Shown here piece by piece: positions 37,533 to 46,434 of a stretch of DNA of 64,000 nt. The notes under the pieces are model-generated. The model made no database searches, had not been told where the DNA came from, and was given only the letters and a program-made list of their open reading frames with translations. How positions within the stretch are numbered: position 1 is the first letter of the stretch; the number at the start of each line of letters is the position of its first letter. The DNA comes from an uncultured Fibrobacteraceae bacterium (GTDB lineage Bacteria > Krumholzibacteriota > Krumholzibacteriia > LZORAL124-64-63). The stretch is from positions 23,697 through 87,696 of the forward strand of contig CAZSNA010000001.1 in the NCBI GenBank assembly GCA_964607825.1, written 5' to 3'. Both the position numbers and the translations under genes were made by a program.

Positions 37533-38321
37533 CTAGGCCGCCGCGCCGGCGTCCTTTTCCTCGTCCATCGCGTTCTGGACCGTGGGCATCAGGAAGGACT
37601 TGAGCTTCTCCTCCACGATGCGGGGCGAGTCGCCGCTCTGGATGGCCAGCACGCCCTCGATGATCATCTCCCGGATCAGGTTCTCCTCCCGGGACCGCGC
37701 CTCCAGCTTGCCCGCCAGGGGCAGGAAGAAGGCGTTGGCCATGACGGCGCCGTAGAGGGTGGTCAGCAGGGCCACGGCCATGCCGGCGCCGATGGTGCTC
37801 GGGTCGTCGAGGGTGGCCAGCATGTTCACCAGGCCCACCAGCGTGCCGATCATGCCGAAGGCCGGCGCGAAGGTGCCGCCGCTCTCGAGGATCTTCTTGC
37901 CCTCGGTGTGGCGGTTGCGCTGCTGGTCGATGTCGGTCTCCATGATCTGCTGCAGCACGGCGGGGTCGTTGCCGTCCACGGCCAGTCGCAGCCCCTTGCG
38001 CAGGAAGTGGTTCTCCTCGGTCTCGGCGTACTCCTCCAGGGCCAGCATGCCTTCCTTGCGGGCCTTCTCGGCGTACTTGACGATCTTCTCGATGTACTCG
38101 CGCGGATCGCTGGCGGCGGCGAAGAGGGTCTTCTTCATGATGGCGATCATGCCCAGCACCTTGGGCAGGGGATAGTTGGCCAGCAGGGCCATCACCGTGC
38201 CGCCCACCACCATCACCAGCGAGGGGATGTTGACGAAGCCCATGATGTCTCCGCCCATCATGATGGCGGATACGATCAGCGCTCCGGCTCCGATCACCCC
38301 GATCAAAGTTGCGATATCCAC
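37533..38321 (-). CDS. motA: Flagellar motor stator protein MotA
   Basis: 262 aa; 4 TM, MotA/TolQ/ExbB channel motifs (…GGTFAPAFGMIGTLVGLVNML…ALLTTLYGAVMANAFFLPLAGKL). Confidence 0.85.
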   Translation of the reverse strand: MDIATLIGVIGAGALIVSAIMMGGDIMGFVNIPSLVMVVGGTVMALLANYPLPKVLGMIAIMKKTLFAAASDPREYIEKIVKYAEKARKEGMLALEEYAETEENHFLRKGLRLAVDGNDPAVLQQIMETDIDQQRNRHTEGKKILESGGTFAPAFGMIGTLVGLVNMLATLDDPSTIGAGMAVALLTTLYGAVMANAFFLPLAGKLEARSREENLIREMIIEGVLAIQSGDSPRIVEEKLKSFLMPTVQNAMDEEKDAGAAA

Positions 38322-38356
38322 GACTCGCTCCTCGGTTCTCGCTGCTCAGGAGAGGA

Positions 38357-38583
38357 CTACTGGTCCTCGAACACGTTGCTCGGTCCGCCGCAGGGCACGG
38401 GATGGCTGCGCGACTGGCGCCGGTACTCGATGATCAGCCGCACCACCGCTTCCAGCTCCTCGCGGATCATGAGCTTGCGCCCGGTCGTCAGGCACAGGAG
38501 CGTGTCCGGCGTGCTCTCGATGAACTCCACCAGGTCGGCGTTGATCACCAGCCGGCTCCCGTTGAGTTTGGTCACGTTGATCA
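38357..38583 (-). CDS. flbD: Flagellar protein FlbD (75 aa). Only the last 75 codons of the 293-aa track ORF are real
   Basis: MINVTKLNGSRLVINADLVEFIESTPDTLLCLTTGRKLMIREELEAVVRLIIEYRR matches the FlbD family closely. The upstream part of the ORF is Arg/Gly-rich junk overlapping flgE in another frame. Confidence 0.75.
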
Positions 38584-38613
38584 TGTCATTCACTCCTGCG
38601 CCGCACGCGCGGG

Positions 38614-40710
38614 TTAGCGGATCATCGACACGACTTCCTGCAGGATCTGGTCCCCGGTGGAGATGACCTTGGCGTTGGCCTGGAAGGCCCTCTGGGCCAC
38701 CACCATGTTGGTCAGCTCCTGGGTCAGGTCCACGTTCGAGGTCTCCAGCACGCCGGACAGCACGTAGGAGCCGGTGTCGCCGCCCACGAAGCCGTACATG
38801 GCCTGGCCCGAGTTGCCGCTGGTGGTGAAGGTGTTGCCCTCGGAGCGGGTCAGACCCTGGTTGTTGGCGAAGCGCGCCACGCCGATCTGGGCCAAGGTCA
38901 GCACCGTGTCGTTGCTGAACCGGCCGATCACCAGGCCGTCCGTGTTGATCTCGTAGTCCAGCAGCTGGCCCACGGAATAGCCGTCGGTGATGGACTGGAC
39001 GCCGCCCGATGCGGCGTACTGGGTCAGGCCGTTGAACTCGCCGAACTGGCCGGCGTCGAGCTGGATCGTGAGGTCCTGGGCTCCCGCGTCGCCGGTCGGC
39101 TGGGGACGCAGGGACAGGCCGCCGGCGCCGTCGTCGTAGGTGAAGGACAGGATCTCGCCGGTGTCGGTGAAGCTGATGGTGCCCGAGCCGCCCTCGAGGA
39201 TCTCCTCGTCGCCCTCGGGCGAGGCCACCCAGGTCCACTCGTTGCGGCCCACGACCTTGGTGAAGGTGAACTGCAGGTTGTGCACGTCGCCCAGCGAGTC
39301 GTAGACCGCCGACGTCACCGTGTACTCGTCGCCGTCGGAGGCCGCCTGGAGCTCGGCGAAGTCGAAGGAGGTCTCGAGGATGGGGTTGACCTCCCCCGTC
39401 TCGCGGATGTCCACCTGGCCCAGGGCGTTGGCCAGGCCGACCTCCCCCTGCATCACGATCTCGCCGTCGCCGTTCAGGGACACCGGCTCGCTCGAGATGC
39501 CGAAGGCGATCTGCAGCCCCGTCAGCAGGTCGGCCATGGTCGTGGAGTCGTCCACGGCCAGGCTGTAGGAGGCGTCGGCGGTCTCGCCGATGGTGCCGCT
39601 GATGCTCAGGTTGGTGGTCGGGTTCGTCGGCGTCACGTTCAGGCCCAGGGACTGGCCGTCGCTGTTGTAGACGGCCGTCAGCAGGTCGGTGTCGGTGGCC
39701 GCGGCGCGCAGCTGGCCGGCCTCGCGGTCGGCGTCGTAGGTGGTGCCGGTCTCGGCGGGTCCGATGGACCCCGTGAAGCGGAAGCTCTGGTTGAAGTCGG
39801 CGCGGCTCGGCGCGGTGAGCAGGAGGTTCTGCAGGGTGACGGTGCCGCTGCCGTTGGTCAGTTCGAGGGCGCCGTCCGCGGACAGGGCCACGGTGATGTC
39901 GCCCGGGTTGAAACCGGGCTGGTTCTCGAGGGTGGTGACGATCCAGGCGCTCAGGTCGTCCAGGGTCGAACCGTCGGTGCCCACCACGAAGGCCGGCTCG
40001 GCGATCTGCGTGCTGCCGCCGTCGTCGACCATGCCGGTCAGGCTGATCTCGTCGCCCACGCTCAGGCCCATCAGGTCGCCGTTCTGGGCGTAGAGGGCGG
40101 TCAGGGCGTCGGTGCCCTCGGCCGCGGCCATGAAGTGGGCGGATTCCAGCAGCGAGGACTGGGCCTCGGCGGCCGCGTCCAGGTTGCCGTGGAGCTGCAG
40201 GCTGGTCGTCGCGCTGGCGGGGACGGTCTGGCTCGGGTCGATGAACAGGTCCTCGAACTGGCTGCCGGTGATGGCGCCCGTGTCGTCGGCCAGCAGGCCC
40301 TGCAGGCGCATGCCGGTCGAGGGATCGACCAGGTAGTTCTCGGCGTCGAGGCCGAAGGCGCCGGCGCGCGTGTAGTACTGGCTGCTGCCGTCGCTCAGGA
40401 CGAAGAAGCCGTCGCCCTGCAGCGCGAGGTCGTTGACCAGGCCGGTGTTCTGCGTGCCGCCCTGGGTGAAGCGGGCGTCGATGCTGCCGACGGTGGAGCC
40501 CAGGCCGATCTGCTGGGCGTTCATGCCGCCGCGACCGCCCGAGACGGGACGCTGGGCCGGACGCAGGGTCTGGCTCAGCATCTCGCGGAAGGTCACGCGC
40601 GAGGACTTGTACCCCACCGTGTTCGCGTTGGCGATGTTGTTGCCGATGACGTCCAGCTCGACGGCATTGGAATTGAGACCGGAGATGCCGGCATAGAGGG
40701 AACGAAGCAT
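38614..40710 (-). CDS. flgE: Flagellar hook protein FlgE (long form, 698 aa)
   Basis: N-terminal MLRSLYAGISGLNSNAVELDVIGNNIANANTVGYK and C-terminal VVAQRAFQANAKVISTGDQILQEVVSMIR rod/hook family termini. Confidence 0.9.
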   Translation of the reverse strand: MLRSLYAGISGLNSNAVELDVIGNNIANANTVGYKSSRVTFREMLSQTLRPAQRPVSGGRGGMNAQQIGLGSTVGSIDARFTQGGTQNTGLVNDLALQGDGFFVLSDGSSQYYTRAGAFGLDAENYLVDPSTGMRLQGLLADDTGAITGSQFEDLFIDPSQTVPASATTSLQLHGNLDAAAEAQSSLLESAHFMAAAEGTDALTALYAQNGDLMGLSVGDEISLTGMVDDGGSTQIAEPAFVVGTDGSTLDDLSAWIVTTLENQPGFNPGDITVALSADGALELTNGSGTVTLQNLLLTAPSRADFNQSFRFTGSIGPAETGTTYDADREAGQLRAAATDTDLLTAVYNSDGQSLGLNVTPTNPTTNLSISGTIGETADASYSLAVDDSTTMADLLTGLQIAFGISSEPVSLNGDGEIVMQGEVGLANALGQVDIRETGEVNPILETSFDFAELQAASDGDEYTVTSAVYDSLGDVHNLQFTFTKVVGRNEWTWVASPEGDEEILEGGSGTISFTDTGEILSFTYDDGAGGLSLRPQPTGDAGAQDLTIQLDAGQFGEFNGLTQYAASGGVQSITDGYSVGQLLDYEINTDGLVIGRFSNDTVLTLAQIGVARFANNQGLTRSEGNTFTTSGNSGQAMYGFVGGDTGSYVLSGVLETSNVDLTQELTNMVVAQRAFQANAKVISTGDQILQEVVSMIR

Positions 40711-40759
40711 TGGGTCCTCCTTGTCCTCCGTCTCACCCAGGGGGTGAGCGTCGATCGGG

Positions 40760-41404
40760 TCAGATGCCCACCCTGGCGATTTCCGAGGCGTAGTAGTCGC
40801 GCCCGTTGATGCTCATGAGCGCGAGGTTGTTCTCGAATCGGATGCTCTCCACGACACCCTCCATGTAGGTGATCGCGGAGACGTCGTTGCCGGCGCGGTC
40901 GGTCACGCCGACCGTCACCGAGTAGGTGCCGTCCCCGGCGGCGTCGCCGCCCGAGAGGACGCCGTCCCAGGACACGTCGTTCCAGCCGGCCTGGACCTCG
41001 GTCGTGTAGCTGGCGACCAGAGCGCCGCTCTCGTCGCGGACCTCGACGGAGGCCGTGCCGGCGGCCGAGGCCTGGATCCGGCTCGCGCCGGTCGCGCCGT
41101 CCTCGACGCGCACCTCGTTCCCCTCCACCACGGCGCTGCGGCCCACCAGACCCAGCAGCATGGTGTTGTTCAGGGACTGGCTGTAGACCATGTTCTGCTC
41201 GAGGCTCGCGTTCATCTGCTCCAGCTCCTCCAGCATGGCGAACTGGGAGAGCTGCGAGGTGAACTGCGCGTTGTCCAGGGGGTCGAGCGGGTTCTGGTTC
41301 TGGATCTGGGTGACCAGCAGCTGCAGGAACTGGTCCTGCTCGCTGGCGGCGCCCTGGCTCACGGACGTCGTGGACGTGCCGCTGCCGACCGGATTCACGT
41401 TCAT
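40760..41404 (-). CDS. flgD: Flagellar hook capping/assembly protein FlgD
   Basis: 214 aa; FlgD N-domain (DQFLQLLVTQIQNQNPLDPLDNAQFTSQLSQFAMLEELEQ) and Ig-like C-domain. Confidence 0.85.
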   Translation of the reverse strand: MNVNPVGSGTSTTSVSQGAASEQDQFLQLLVTQIQNQNPLDPLDNAQFTSQLSQFAMLEELEQMNASLEQNMVYSQSLNNTMLLGLVGRSAVVEGNEVRVEDGATGASRIQASAAGTASVEVRDESGALVASYTTEVQAGWNDVSWDGVLSGGDAAGDGTYSVTVGVTDRAGNDVSAITYMEGVVESIRFENNLALMSINGRDYYASEIARVGI

Positions 41405-42447
41405 GTCGTCTCCCCCTCCTCTGGCCGGTGATCGGACTCGACGTCGCCGCGGCCGGCGAGGTCGCGGTCATCCGAAGCGTCCGGATCGTCCTGGCGCCGC
41501 TCGCGCCGCGCCTCCGCCTCTTCGTCCTGCTCGACGTCGATGTCGATCCGCGTCCAGTGGTCGTTGCGGCCGAGCAGCAGCTCCTGGAGCGGGCCGGCCC
41601 CGTCCATCAGGGCGCGGGCGGCCGCGGCCGACTCCACGCGGAACTGCAGGTGCAGATGGTCGCCCTCGCGGGTGAACCGGATCTCGACGCGGCCCAGCTC
41701 GGGCGGCGTGAGCTCGAACTTGAGCTGGCCCTTGCCGCCCAGACCACCCAGCTTGCCGGCCAACTGGGCGGCGACCTGGGCGCGGATCTCCTCGGCGGGG
41801 ACCTGGGCCGGTGCGGGAGCCGGCGCCGGTGCGGGGTCGGCGGGCATGGGCTCGCCGAGCGGTTTCAGTCCCTTGATCACGGCCGCCGCCGGGTCGAAGG
41901 CGTCGAGGACGGCGGCCTGCTGGCCGGCCGTCGGGTCGGGGACGGCCCCGCCGGTCTTCGCCTGCGGCGTCTCCCCGGGCGCGGGCTCGGTCGCTTCCTG
42001 GCCCGTGACCGTCTTCAGGGTGTTGCGGACGTGTTCGAGCAGGCGGGCGTAGTCCGCGGCGTCGCGGTCCTGGAGCGCGGCCGCGGCGGCCTCGCGGGAC
42101 GACGCCGGCAGCTCCAGTCCGGGCTGGGCGCCGACGCCCGGCCGCAGGCAGGCCCCCATGATCGGGATCCCCCGCAGGTTCGTCCGGCCCTGCGGTCCGT
42201 TGCGTGCGTCGCCTTCGCGCACCGGCGCCTCCTCGGCGCGTGCGTTGCCGGACGTCGCCCCGGCGTCCGCTCGGGAAGCGGGGGCGTCCGCAGCGGCGCG
42301 ACGGCCGGCCGCTGTGCGCGGCTGGCCGAGCAGGCGTTCGAAGGTGTGGCCGTCCGGAGTGGCCATGGACACGGCCGCCGTGACGTCCGAACGGTAGCGG
42401 TCGGTGTCGCGGCGGGGCGCGTGGCTCGTCTGACCGAGTTCGTGCAT
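41401..42447 (-). CDS. fliK: Flagellar hook-length control protein FliK (start at MHELGQTS; the track ORF is over-extended by ~196 junk codons)
   Basis: C-terminal Flg_hook domain (KGQLKFELTPPELGRVEIRFTREGDHLHLQFRVESAAAARAL) and Pro/Ala-rich central region. ATG overlaps the stop of the upstream gene. Confidence 0.7.
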   Translation of the reverse strand: MHELGQTSHAPRRDTDRYRSDVTAAVSMATPDGHTFERLLGQPRTAAGRRAAADAPASRADAGATSGNARAEEAPVREGDARNGPQGRTNLRGIPIMGACLRPGVGAQPGLELPASSREAAAAALQDRDAADYARLLEHVRNTLKTVTGQEATEPAPGETPQAKTGGAVPDPTAGQQAAVLDAFDPAAAVIKGLKPLGEPMPADPAPAPAPAPAQVPAEEIRAQVAAQLAGKLGGLGGKGQLKFELTPPELGRVEIRFTREGDHLHLQFRVESAAAARALMDGAGPLQELLLGRNDHWTRIDIDVEQDEEAEARRERRQDDPDASDDRDLAGRGDVESDHRPEEGETT

Positions 42448-43001
42448 CAACCCGCTCCCTTCATCTCGTCGGCCTTGCGGGCGCTCATGCGCGAGCTGAT
42501 CTCCGCGGCGAGCCCGGGATTCATGGCGGCCAGGATCTTGGCGGCCTGACGGTCCTTCATGTTGCGCAGGATAGGCAGCACGATGTCGAGGTCCAGGCTC
42601 GACAGGATCGGCGCCGCCTGCGCGGGCTTCATGGCCTCGTAGACCTTGGACAGCTTGCTCGCCTGGGCGTCGCTCCCCGAGGCGAACTGCTTCTGGGCCT
42701 CCTGCAGGTCGGCGATCAGTTCGGATAGCTTGTCGTCGCGTTCGGAAAGCAGCTTGTCCTCCACCTCGTAGAGCGACTGGCGCATCAGGTCGTGCTCGCG
42801 CTCGCGCTGGATGTCGTCGCGGGCCCGGGCCAGGTTCATGTAGAGCGTCTGCTCGGCGTCGCCGTCCCGTTCGACGGAGGCGGCCTCCTTGAGCGTCCGC
42901 TTCAGATCGCGCACGGCGTCCTGGTAGAGGCCGCCGCTGATCATGACGACGGCCAGGATCACCGTGAAGGTCAGGGAGGAGATGATGATGATCGACTTCA
43001 T
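42447..43001 (-). CDS. MotE/FlbB/YlxF-like flagellar protein (N-terminal TM, coiled coil, MgtE-N-like C-terminal motif)
   Basis: MKSIIIISSLTFTVILAVVMISGGL, then coiled coil, then …AAPILSSLDLDIVLPILRNMKDRQAAKILAAMNPGLAAEI… Positioned between fliJ and fliK as in the B. subtilis and spirochaete fla operons. Confidence 0.5.
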   Translation of the reverse strand: MKSIIIISSLTFTVILAVVMISGGLYQDAVRDLKRTLKEAASVERDGDAEQTLYMNLARARDDIQREREHDLMRQSLYEVEDKLLSERDDKLSELIADLQEAQKQFASGSDAQASKLSKVYEAMKPAQAAPILSSLDLDIVLPILRNMKDRQAAKILAAMNPGLAAEISSRMSARKADEMKGAG

Positions 43002-43435
43002 GCTCTGCGTCCGCTCCCCCTGGAGGCGATCTCATCGGTGCGTTTCTGGTCCAGACGGCGTTGCCGCTGCGACCATTCGTCGTGACGGCGGTCCTTCAGC
43101 ATCTCCAGGGCGCGCACCTCTCGTTGAGCGGCCAGCAGGTGCCGGCGCTGCGCGTCGGCCCGCTGCCGGATGGCCCGGATCTCGTCCTCGTTGTGCCGGA
43201 TCAGCCGCTGCTGCCCCTGTACGAATTCCGTGAGACGCCGTCGCTCGTTCAGGTCGTCGCTCGTGACGCCGGGCGCCGCGGCCGCCGCCAGCTCCCTGCA
43301 GCGCGCCGCCATGCGGGCGTTCTCACGCTCCAGGACCAGCGCCGCGGACTCGATCGCATGCAGTTTTCGTGCCTCGGCCTCCATGCGTCGGACACGATGG
43401 CGCAGCACGGCCTCGAGCTTGAAGCGGAATGGCAT
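42998..43435 (-). CDS. fliJ: Flagellar export chaperone FliJ
   Basis: 145-aa coiled-coil protein (MPFRFKLEAVLRHRVRRMEAEARKL…) immediately after fliI. Confidence 0.65.
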   Translation of the reverse strand: MPFRFKLEAVLRHRVRRMEAEARKLHAIESAALVLERENARMAARCRELAAAAAPGVTSDDLNERRRLTEFVQGQQRLIRHNEDEIRAIRQRADAQRRHLLAAQREVRALEMLKDRRHDEWSQRQRRLDQKRTDEIASRGSGRRA

Positions 43436-43438
43436 CCG

Positions 43439-44752
43439 TTACTCCGATGTCAGTGCGGACAGGTCGTTTAGCGTATCGTCCCAGTCGGCCCTGTCGGTCA
43501 GCGTCTGGCGAAGGAACACGTTCATCGCGTCGCGCTTGCGCAGGGCGGTGTCGACCAGGGGATCGGATCCGGCCACGTACGCTCCGATGTTGATCAGGTC
43601 CCGGTTCTCTTCCAGGGCCTTGAGCCAGCGCAGCAGGGTGATGCCGGCCTCCTGGATCCCGTCGTCCACCACGTCGTTACGCAGGCGCGAGACGCTGCCC
43701 AGGACGTCGACGGCCGGGAAGTGGCCCTGGCGCGCCAGGTCGCGGCTGAGCATCACGTGGCCGTCCAGGATCGAACGCATGGCGTCGCCCACGGGGTCGT
43801 GCTCGTCGTCGCCCTCGATCAGGACCGTGAAGAAGGCGGTGATGGCGTTGGTGTCCGTCCAGCCGGGGCGCTCGCAGAGCTTGGGCAGGGTCGCGAAGAC
43901 CGACGGCGTGTAGCCCTTGGTGGTGGGCGGCTCCCCCGCCGCCAGACCGATCTCGCGCAGGGCCATGGCGTAGCGGGTCACCGAGTCCATCATGAACAGC
44001 ACGTTGTCGCCGCGGTCGCGGAAGAACTCCGCGATGGTCATGGCCGTCTCGGCGCCCTTGACGCGCAGCACGGCGTTCTCGTCCGAGGTCACCACGATCA
44101 CCACGCTGCGGGCCAGCCCCTCGGGGCCGAGGTCGCGCTCGATGAACTCGCGCACCTCGCGGCCGCGCTCGCCGATCAGGGCCACCACGTTGACGTCGGA
44201 GGCGGCGTTCCGGGCCATCTGTCCCAGCAGCACGCTCTTGCCCACGCCGCTCCCGGCGAAGATGCCCATGCGCTGGCCCCGGGCCACGGTGACCAGACCG
44301 TCGATGGAGCGGATGCCGGTGGGAAAGGGACTCGCGATGCGCTGCCGGCTCAGGGCCGGGGGCGGCGGCGCGGTGACGGTGCGTTCCGAGGCCGAATCCA
44401 GGGGCGGGCCGCCGTCGATGGGCTGCCCCAGGCCGTCGAGCACGCGCCCGAGCAGATGCGATCCGGCCGGGACGGTCAGGCGCTTGGAGGTCACGGTCGC
44501 CCGTTGTCCGGGCGCGATGCCGGCCAGGGACCGGTAGGGCATCACCACGGCGCGTCCGTCGCGATAGCCGATCACCTCGCCGTTGACGGGCTCCTCGGCC
44601 CGCCCCCGCTCGATGCGGCAGACCGTGCCCACCGACGCGGACAGGCCCTTCACCTCGACGGTCAGGCCCACGATGCTCTCGACGGTGCCGGTGACGCGGA
44701 CGGTATCGACGCGGCTGACGCGGCGGATGGTCTCGGCCCAGGGCAGGCTCAC
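43439..44752 (-). CDS. fliI: Flagellum-specific ATPase FliI
   Basis: 437 aa; Walker A GIFAGSGVGKSVLLG, Walker B …VLFMMDSVTR, F1/T3SS ATPase family. Confidence 0.95.
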   Translation of the reverse strand: MSLPWAETIRRVSRVDTVRVTGTVESIVGLTVEVKGLSASVGTVCRIERGRAEEPVNGEVIGYRDGRAVVMPYRSLAGIAPGQRATVTSKRLTVPAGSHLLGRVLDGLGQPIDGGPPLDSASERTVTAPPPPALSRQRIASPFPTGIRSIDGLVTVARGQRMGIFAGSGVGKSVLLGQMARNAASDVNVVALIGERGREVREFIERDLGPEGLARSVVIVVTSDENAVLRVKGAETAMTIAEFFRDRGDNVLFMMDSVTRYAMALREIGLAAGEPPTTKGYTPSVFATLPKLCERPGWTDTNAITAFFTVLIEGDDEHDPVGDAMRSILDGHVMLSRDLARQGHFPAVDVLGSVSRLRNDVVDDGIQEAGITLLRWLKALEENRDLINIGAYVAGSDPLVDTALRKRDAMNVFLRQTLTDRADWDDTLNDLSALTSE

Positions 44753-45426
44753 GACGGCGCCCCCTCCTGCGGCGCGCCGCCCAGCATGGCCTGCCGGACC
44801 GCCTCTTCCATCACCTCGAGGCGGCCGGAGACGGTGTAGTCGAATTCCTGGCCGTCCACCTCCACCAGGCAGCCGCCGCGCTCGATGCGCTGGTCCACCT
44901 CGATGCCGACGATGTTCAGGCGCTCCAGCTCCTCGGGCTGCGAGCGGAGGAATTCCGCGTCCGCGGGGTTGACCAGGACGGTGAAGCGGGTGCCGCGCTT
45001 GGTGCGGTAGATGACGGTCTCCAGGGCCGTCAGCAGCGCGTCGCTGTCGAGCTCGATGCTCCGGCGCACGATCTGCTCGGCCATGGCGATGGACAGGTCG
45101 AGGGCCTGGCGGGATACGGTCTCCAGCGCGGCGTCGTACTTCTTCTCGAGGGCCTGGACCAGGTGCCTGGCGACGCTCTTGCCCTTCTCGAGCCAGAGGG
45201 CGTTCTCCTCCTCCAGCTCGCTCCGGATCTCCTCGCGGAGCTCGTCGCTCACCAGTTGGTAGAGGGATTCGCGCTCGTCGAGCTCCAGGCGGTCCAGGAA
45301 GCCCTTCAGGCCGTCGCGGGGGAAGTCCTCGACGAAGTCCTGCCCCGCGGGTTCGGAGGGCTCGGCCACGGCCGTGGCCACGGCTTCGGAGGCGGCGTAG
45401 AGATCATCAGGCGACCACGGACGCAC
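44749..45426 (-). CDS. fliH: Flagellar assembly protein FliH (exact start uncertain)
   Basis: 225 aa; acidic coiled-coil N-half and C-terminal FliH-domain (…FTVLVNPADAEFL…GGCLVEVDGQEFDYTVSGRLEVMEEAV). Position between fliG and fliI. Confidence 0.7.
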   Translation of the reverse strand: MRPWSPDDLYAASEAVATAVAEPSEPAGQDFVEDFPRDGLKGFLDRLELDERESLYQLVSDELREEIRSELEEENALWLEKGKSVARHLVQALEKKYDAALETVSRQALDLSIAMAEQIVRRSIELDSDALLTALETVIYRTKRGTRFTVLVNPADAEFLRSQPEELERLNIVGIEVDQRIERGGCLVEVDGQEFDYTVSGRLEVMEEAVRQAMLGGAPQEGAPS

Positions 45427-46411
45427 CGCCGCCTCCCCTGCCGAGCACGATCACGCCTTCGTCCATCATGCGACGTACGACGGCCACGATCTTCTGCTGG
45501 GCCTCCTCCACGTCCGAGATGGGCACCGGGCCCATGTACTCCATGTCCTCCTGGATGCCGGACGCGGCGCGCTTGGACATGTTCTTGTAGATCTTCTCCT
45601 GGATGTTGCTGGGCGTGCCCTTCAGGGCGGTCGCGAGCTCCTTGCCCTTGACCTCCTTGAGGATCTCCTGGATGTAGTGGTCGTCCAGGTTCACCAGGTC
45701 CTCGAAGACGAACATGAGGTTCTTGATCTCGGTGGCGCACTCGTCGTCGATCTCGCGCACGTCGTCGATGATCTCGAGCCAGGAATCCTGTTCGATCTCG
45801 TTGAGCACCGCGGCCACCTGCTTGCGGCCGCCGAAGTTGCGGGCGGTGCCCTTGATCTCGTCGCGGACCAGTCCGTTGATGGTCTCCTCGACGATCTTCA
45901 GGGCCTGGGGATTGGGCTTGTCGAGACTGGCCATGCGATGCGCGATGCGCCCCTGCAGGGACGCGGGCATGATGGACAGGATGGGCCCGCTGGTGCGCGG
46001 GTCCACGTAGGAGAGCACCAGCGCGATGGTCTGCGGATGCTCGTTCTTCAGGTAGTTCATCACCGTCAGGTGATCGACGCGCTTGAGGTTGTCGAAGCCC
46101 GGCATGTCGCTGAAGCCCGTGGCGCGGTTCAGCACCGAGTCCGCCTGGCGCTTGCCGAGGGCCTCCTCGAGGATCTCCAGGGCGCTGTTCTCGCCGCCGA
46201 ACTCCACGCCGGAGGCCTTGCGCCGCAGGTCGACGAACTCCTCGAGCACCGAGGACTTGTCGCGGTTGCTGACCAGCTTCACCTCGGAGATCTCCGCGGT
46301 GACCCGCTCCATCAGCTCCTCGGGCAGCCGCTTCATGATCTGGCCGGCGACCTTCGGTCCCAGCGAGATCATCAGGACGGCGATCTTGTGTACGGTTTCC
46401 CTGTCAGCCAC
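45407..46411 (-). CDS. fliG: Flagellar motor switch protein FliG
   Basis: 334 aa; HKIAVLMISLGPKVAGQIMKRL…, C-terminal torque helix region …GIQEDMEYMGPVPISDVEEAQQKIVAVVRRM. Confidence 0.92.
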   Translation of the reverse strand: MADRETVHKIAVLMISLGPKVAGQIMKRLPEELMERVTAEISEVKLVSNRDKSSVLEEFVDLRRKASGVEFGGENSALEILEEALGKRQADSVLNRATGFSDMPGFDNLKRVDHLTVMNYLKNEHPQTIALVLSYVDPRTSGPILSIMPASLQGRIAHRMASLDKPNPQALKIVEETINGLVRDEIKGTARNFGGRKQVAAVLNEIEQDSWLEIIDDVREIDDECATEIKNLMFVFEDLVNLDDHYIQEILKEVKGKELATALKGTPSNIQEKIYKNMSKRAASGIQEDMEYMGPVPISDVEEAQQKIVAVVRRMMDEGVIVLGRGGGGASVVA

Positions 46412-46434
46412 GTGTCATGCTCCCGGTGGTCTCG

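Noticed and set aside
41401-43035. 544-aa track ORF as a full-length FliK
   Set aside because: The first ~196 codons overlap the real ylxF/MotE-like gene in another frame and are Arg-rich junk. The true start is the ATG at ~42445-42447.
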